Source: Gammaproteobacteria bacterium
GTDB lineage: Bacteria; Pseudomonadota; Gammaproteobacteria; SZUA-229
Assembly (NCBI GenBank): GCA_029882355.1
Contig: JAOUKV010000014.1
Coordinates: 3,923-67,922, forward strand
Direction of reading: 5' to 3'
Length of the DNA stretch: 64,000 nt
Shown here: piece after piece, positions 59,399-64,000 of the stretch
Layout: every line of letters begins with the position of its first letter
How positions within the stretch are numbered: the first letter of the stretch is position 1
Made by a program: the position numbers and the translations under genes
The notes under the pieces: generated by a model
Seen by the model: the letters and a program-made list of their open reading frames with translations, nothing else
Told to the model about the DNA's origin: nothing
Databases searched by the model: none

Positions 59399-61284
59399 TC
59401 GATACTAAAAAAGAACAGGCAAACAGTCAGTTTGAATTATTAAAACAAAAGCGATTCCTGCCATTTTTTGTGACGCAGTTTTTGGGCGCGTTTAATGACA
59501 ATGTATTCAAAAATGCATTAATTATTCTCATCGCATTTAAAGGTGTTCAGCTAAGTGATGGTGGAGCAAACGTTGATTTGCTAACTAACCTGAGCGCAGG
59601 CTTATTTATTCTTCCCTTCTTTATATTTTCAGCCACTGCGGGTCAGTGGATTGATAAAAAAGAAAAATCACAGTCGATACGTTTCATTAAGTTAATGGAA
59701 GTAGTGATTATGCTGGGTGCAGCCTATGCATTTTATGTGGGTGCCATTTATGCGTTGATTGCGCTGTTGTTTTTAATGGGAATACAGTCGGCTTTTTTTG
59801 GTCCAGCAAAATACAGTTATATTCCCCAGCATCTGGATAATACCGAGCTGGTAGCGGGTAACGCACTAGTGCAATCGGGTACTTTTGTTGCAATATTGAT
59901 GGGCACCATGATGGGTGGAATACTGGTCGCAGATGATGATGGTCGGCAGTGGGTTGCTATCGTTATTGTGGTGCTTGCGCTACTGGGTTATCTGTCGAGC
60001 CGATATATTCCACATACGCCATCGTTGGAACCTGATCTTAAAATAAACTGGAACCCCTTAACCGAAACCTGGCGCAATATTGCGTTCATACATAAAGAGC
60101 GCGTGGTTTTTTTATCGGTGTTAGGTATTTCATGGTTCTGGTTTCTGGGTGCGACGTATCTGGTGCAATTACCTAATTACACCAAAACAACATTGGCTGG
60201 TAATGAGCAGGTAGTAACGTTGCTGCTAACTTTATTTACCCTGGGAATTGGTGGAGGTTCGTTATTGTGTAACTGGTTATCCGGGCAGAAAGTTGAGCCG
60301 GGGCTGGTGCCTTTTGGGTCGATAGGTTTAAGCCTGTTCGGTATTGATTTGTTTTTCGCGCAACCAGAATTCACTCCGCAAGTATTAATGGGTGTGGCAG
60401 AGTTTATTAAAGAAGCAGGCAGTATTCGAATTATGCTGGACGTGTTGTTCATAGGCATGTTCGGTGGATTTTACATCGTGCCATTATTCTCATTGATACA
60501 ACAACGAAGTGAGGCGCAGCATCTATCAAGAGTTATCGCGGGTAATAATATATTCAATGCTTTGTTGATGGTGCTGTCTGCAGTTATGGCTATTGTTTTG
60601 CTGGGTGCGGGCGCTTCGATAGCAGACCTGTTTTTGATTGTGGCAGTTCTCAACGCCTTGGTAGGTTTGTATATTTATAGCCTGGTGCCTGAATTCTTCA
60701 TGCGCTTTATTATCTGGATGTTGATACATTCTATTTATCATGTCCGTAAGCAGGGGTTGGATAATGTGCCTGAAGAGGGGGCGGCGGTTTTGGTGTGTAA
60801 TCATGTTAGTTATGTCGATGCACTAATTATTGCAGGTTGCATACGGCGACCAATACGTTTTGTCATGTACTACAAAATTTATAACCTGCCGGTATTGAAC
60901 TTTGTCTTTAGAACGGCGGGTGCGATTTCTATCGCAGGCAAATATGAAGACCCGGAGTTGATGGAAAAGGCTTTTTCGGAAATAGAGCAAGCTCTAAATG
61001 ACGGTGATCTGGTTTGTGTCTTCCCGGAAGGGAAATTAACGGCAGACGGCAAGATGAATAAATTCCGTCCTGGTGTAGAGCGAATATTAGAAACTACGCC
61101 TGTGCCAGTAGTGCCTATGGCATTGAATGGTTTATGGGGTAGTGCCTTTAGTCGGCACCCTTCAAATATTTTTCTGAGAATTATTAAAGGTATTCGTTCG
61201 AGTGTCGAGTTGAAGATTTCGCCATCAATAAAAGCAGAGGCAGCACAAGTTTTGCAGAAACAAGTTGAGAAGATTGTTAAGTGA
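59395..61284 (+). CDS. MFS lysophospholipid transporter (LplT-like) fused to a PlsC acyltransferase
   Basis: TQFLGAFNDN.FKN, FFGPAKY; acyltransferase NHVSYVD and FPEG; GTGA overlap with the upstream stop. Confidence 0.92.
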   Translation: MIDTKKEQANSQFELLKQKRFLPFFVTQFLGAFNDNVFKNALIILIAFKGVQLSDGGANVDLLTNLSAGLFILPFFIFSATAGQWIDKKEKSQSIRFIKLMEVVIMLGAAYAFYVGAIYALIALLFLMGIQSAFFGPAKYSYIPQHLDNTELVAGNALVQSGTFVAILMGTMMGGILVADDDGRQWVAIVIVVLALLGYLSSRYIPHTPSLEPDLKINWNPLTETWRNIAFIHKERVVFLSVLGISWFWFLGATYLVQLPNYTKTTLAGNEQVVTLLLTLFTLGIGGGSLLCNWLSGQKVEPGLVPFGSIGLSLFGIDLFFAQPEFTPQVLMGVAEFIKEAGSIRIMLDVLFIGMFGGFYIVPLFSLIQQRSEAQHLSRVIAGNNIFNALLMVLSAVMAIVLLGAGASIADLFLIVAVLNALVGLYIYSLVPEFFMRFIIWMLIHSIYHVRKQGLDNVPEEGAAVLVCNHVSYVDALIIAGCIRRPIRFVMYYKIYNLPVLNFVFRTAGAISIAGKYEDPELMEKAFSEIEQALNDGDLVCVFPEGKLTADGKMNKFRPGVERILETTPVPVVPMALNGLWGSAFSRHPSNIFLRIIKGIRSSVELKISPSIKAEAAQVLQKQVEKIVK

Positions 61285-61296
61285 TAAGCTTGTTTA

Positions 61297-61878
61297 TTAG
61301 TCTGTCTTTAGTTCCATTGGTATCGCTTTGATACCATTCTGATGGAGCTGATCAATTTTGTCGTACAGATCATTGCTTTGAGTATAAGGACCAATGCGAA
61401 CTCTGTGCCATGGAATGCTGTTAACGGTAACGCTTTGTATATGTGCTTCAAAGCCGAGCAAAGCCAGGCTTGCTTTGAGCTTTTCAGCATCACTTTTATT
61501 TTTAAAAGAGCCAGCCTGTAATACATACTGTTTATTGTCTTCAGGTGAAGCACTGATAGGTCGACTTTTTGGTGGCTGCGTTTCAGATTCAGGGATTAAT
61601 ACTTCAAGTTCCGGCAGAATGGTGTAGAAGTTGAATTTAGGTTCGGCTTGTTTATCTGTTTCCGGCTTGCTTTGTTTTGTTGTACTGCTATGTTGTTTTA
61701 TTTTATCTAATTCTTTTTTTACCGCCGCGCCAAAGTTGGCGTTAACATTTGGCTGTTTATCAAGATAAACCAGTAAAGCAACGAATAGACCAATGCTTAA
61801 GCCAGCCAATAACCAGACAAATCCGGGTAACGGTTTTTTTTCACGGCCATTACTTCGGCCTTTGTAATCTGTAGGCAT
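61297..61878 (-). CDS. SPOR domain protein (FtsN-like)
   Basis: N-terminal TM, FNFYTILP, LQAGSF....A, WHRVRIGPY; translationally coupled to argS. Confidence 0.88.
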   Translation of the reverse strand: MPTDYKGRSNGREKKPLPGFVWLLAGLSIGLFVALLVYLDKQPNVNANFGAAVKKELDKIKQHSSTTKQSKPETDKQAEPKFNFYTILPELEVLIPESETQPPKSRPISASPEDNKQYVLQAGSFKNKSDAEKLKASLALLGFEAHIQSVTVNSIPWHRVRIGPYTQSNDLYDKIDQLHQNGIKAIPMELKTD

Positions 61879-63641
61879 TACATCGACTCAGGCGAGCTAA
61901 CACCCAGCAAGCCCAGGCCGTTGTGGATAACGTGCTGGGTAGCACGAATCAAATTCAGGCGAGCGTCACGCACATCATTGTCATCGACAATAAAATAATG
62001 CGCGTTGTAATAAGTGTGGAATAAATTTGCCAGTTCACGCAGGTAATGCACCAAAGAATGAGGTTCTGCTTGCAGCGCGGCTTTTTCTATAACATCAGGG
62101 TAGGCTGACAATTTAGTAATCAGCTCGGTTTCGTGTGATTCGGTCAGTTTGGTCAGATTGTTATTGCCATTTTCAATATCGTGCTGCAGATTTTTTTCTT
62201 TCAATTGATTGAATACACTACACACACGAGCGTGTGCGTATTGAATGTAATAAACCGGGTTGTCGTTGCTTTGTGATTTGGCGAGATCGAGATCGAAGTC
62301 CATGTGCTGTTCGCATTTACGCATAACATAAAAGAAACGCGCCGCATCGTTTCCTACTTCTTTGCGCAATTCGCGCAGGGTAACAAATGAGCCGGAGCGT
62401 GTCGACATCGGTACGCGTTCGCTGCCACGATACAAAATCGCAAATTGTACTAACAAAATATCGAGTTTACTTTCATCTTCGCCGAGTGCATTGATTGCGG
62501 CTTTGACGCGTGCCACATATCCGTGGTGATCTGCGCCCCAGATATTAATCACACGTTCATAGCCACGCTGGAATTTATCCATGTGGTAGGCGATGTCAGA
62601 AGCAAAATAAGTTGGCTGTCCATTGTCGCGAATCACCACGCGATCTTTTTCATCACCGAAGCTGGTGGACTTGAACCAGAGCGCACCTTTTAGTTCGTAG
62701 ATGTGACCGGCCGCCTGAAGTTGTTCAACAGCGGTATTAATCAAATCGCGTTGTGCTAAAGTTTTTTCTGAGTACCAGTACTCGTAAGGCACACCAAATT
62801 CTTCAAGGTCTTCACGGATGTCTGCAAGGATGGTGTCGAGACCCGCATTAAAAATGGTCAGATAGCCAGCTTCGCCGAGTAATTCCTGTGCGCGTTCAAT
62901 TAGTGCATCGATGTGTTTATCTTTATCACCGCCAGCGGGTTCGTCATCGGGGATGTTTTCCATGACGGCTTCTGCGCTGACGACAAAAGCGCCATCGTGA
63001 TCCGCTTTAATCTGACGCGCAATATCAAAAATATAGGCGTCACTTTTGTAACCGTTGCTGGGGAATACAAGTTCGACGCCGTGTTCCTGCAAATAGCGCA
63101 GCCAGATACTGGTAGCGAGAATGTTCATCTGGCGACCGGCATCGTTGACGTAATATTCACAATCAACATCAAAGCCAACGGCGCGCATCAAGGAAGCAAC
63201 TGAAGCACCGTAAGCTGCACCGCGGCCATGACCCACGTGTAGTGGGCCAGTCGGGTTGGCGGAAACAAATTCAATCTGGATTTTTTTGCCGGCACCAATG
63301 CTGGAGCGACCGTAGTCTTCGTTCTGCGCCAGGACCATTTTGATGACATTTTGAGAAGTGTCAGATGAGATAAAGAAATTGATAAAACCGGGGCCGGCAA
63401 TTTCGGTTTTTTCCAGCTCATGGTCTTCGGGCAGGGCATCACAAATAGCCTGCGCCAGTTCTCGTGGTGGCTTGCCTGCGGCTTTCGCCAGAGACAGAGC
63501 AACGTTGCAGGCAAAGTCACCGTGTGAGGCATCTTTGGTTCGGCTAATTTGAATAGCGGGCGAAACAGAACCATCGAGCGTGCCATTCTTAATCAGGGTG
63601 TTGATTGCCTGTCTAATCAGGTCTTCAATTTTATGTTTCAA
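61878..63641 (-). CDS. argS: Arginine--tRNA ligase
   Basis: EFVSANPTGPLHVGH (HIGH), YYVNDAG.Q, GADHHGY, MSTRSG, YYIQYAHAR. Confidence 0.98.
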   Translation of the reverse strand: MKHKIEDLIRQAINTLIKNGTLDGSVSPAIQISRTKDASHGDFACNVALSLAKAAGKPPRELAQAICDALPEDHELEKTEIAGPGFINFFISSDTSQNVIKMVLAQNEDYGRSSIGAGKKIQIEFVSANPTGPLHVGHGRGAAYGASVASLMRAVGFDVDCEYYVNDAGRQMNILATSIWLRYLQEHGVELVFPSNGYKSDAYIFDIARQIKADHDGAFVVSAEAVMENIPDDEPAGGDKDKHIDALIERAQELLGEAGYLTIFNAGLDTILADIREDLEEFGVPYEYWYSEKTLAQRDLINTAVEQLQAAGHIYELKGALWFKSTSFGDEKDRVVIRDNGQPTYFASDIAYHMDKFQRGYERVINIWGADHHGYVARVKAAINALGEDESKLDILLVQFAILYRGSERVPMSTRSGSFVTLRELRKEVGNDAARFFYVMRKCEQHMDFDLDLAKSQSNDNPVYYIQYAHARVCSVFNQLKEKNLQHDIENGNNNLTKLTESHETELITKLSAYPDVIEKAALQAEPHSLVHYLRELANLFHTYYNAHYFIVDDNDVRDARLNLIRATQHVIHNGLGLLGVSSPESM

Positions 63642-63725
63642 TTTATTGCCAGTGTGGTACTAAATGGAGGCTAATTTTACACATAGATGACGTGTTGTGC
63701 GGCTAACCAGACTTAAAAAGTATCG

Positions 63726-64000
63726 CTAAAAGGTATCGTAAGGGTCAACGTCGATCGACCAGCGTATCTGTTTGCTACTTTTTAACTGCTGCAATTGGGG
63801 CAGCCATTGCCGAAGCAGCTGGTGCAGGGCCTTGCGGTCATTCGCCTGTAGCATGGTTTGGGTGCGGAAGCGGCCAGCACGTTTTTCCATGGGTGCTGGC
63901 CAGGGGCCAAATATTTCGACTTCTTTGGCGTTGTAACTATTGGCCAGCTCTCGGGCTTCATGCATGAATAACAAACCCAGCTCTTTTTTGATGGCACCAC
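63726..64000 (-). CDS. priA: Primosomal protein N' C-terminus (gene starts beyond the window)
   Basis: GP.PAPMEKRAGRFR.Q...RWSIDVDP C-terminal signature; priA-argS-SPOR synteny. Confidence 0.9.
   Translation of the reverse strand, partial: GAIKKELGLLFMHEARELANSYNAKEVEIFGPWPAPMEKRAGRFRTQTMLQANDRKALHQLLRQWLPQLQQLKSSKQIRWSIDVDPYDTF

Noticed and set aside
322-63586. Many short antisense or alternate-frame ORFs in the track (e.g. 4035-4550, 8488-8991, 36241-36795, 47352-47873)
   Set aside because: Shadow ORFs fully overlapping well-supported genes, with no independent motifs

Overview
Gene-dense chromosomal window from a Gammaproteobacterium. It is probably a marine sulfur oxidiser; this is inferred from a SoxW-like thioredoxin, an AF1514-type domain and several small hypotheticals, and no sox or dsr genes are present. 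The core backbone comprises a TPAT/TRAP transporter, trxC, a pilH-like regulator, a stand-alone fusA paralogue, msrA, slyD, efpL/yeiP, the AmmeMemoRadiSam trio, sucAB-lpdA-sucCD, rdgB-rph/yicC, a SPOR protein, argS and the priA 3' end. No tRNA, rRNA, CRISPR array, transposase or integrase was seen. The most unusual region is 41.1-51.9 kb, where a membrane hybrid kinase and a NarL/LuxR regulator sit beside four lipoproteins. The two largest share a homologous signal peptide, a near-identical palindromic operator and the same -35/N17/-10 promoter layout, but carry different cargo domains. The second lies in a 3.1-kb unit bounded by a duplicated 3' end of an alpha/beta-hydrolase gene, which suggests a regulated, swappable surface-protein slot. 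Other notable items are a CheW-TM-LysM fusion, an OsmC-like/AF1514-like fusion, a Bacteroidota-like FadL + GDSL lipase pair, an 81-bp intragenic tandem repeat and an unannotated DUF2238 pseudogene remnant. Family assignments come from motif recognition by eye, not database searches.
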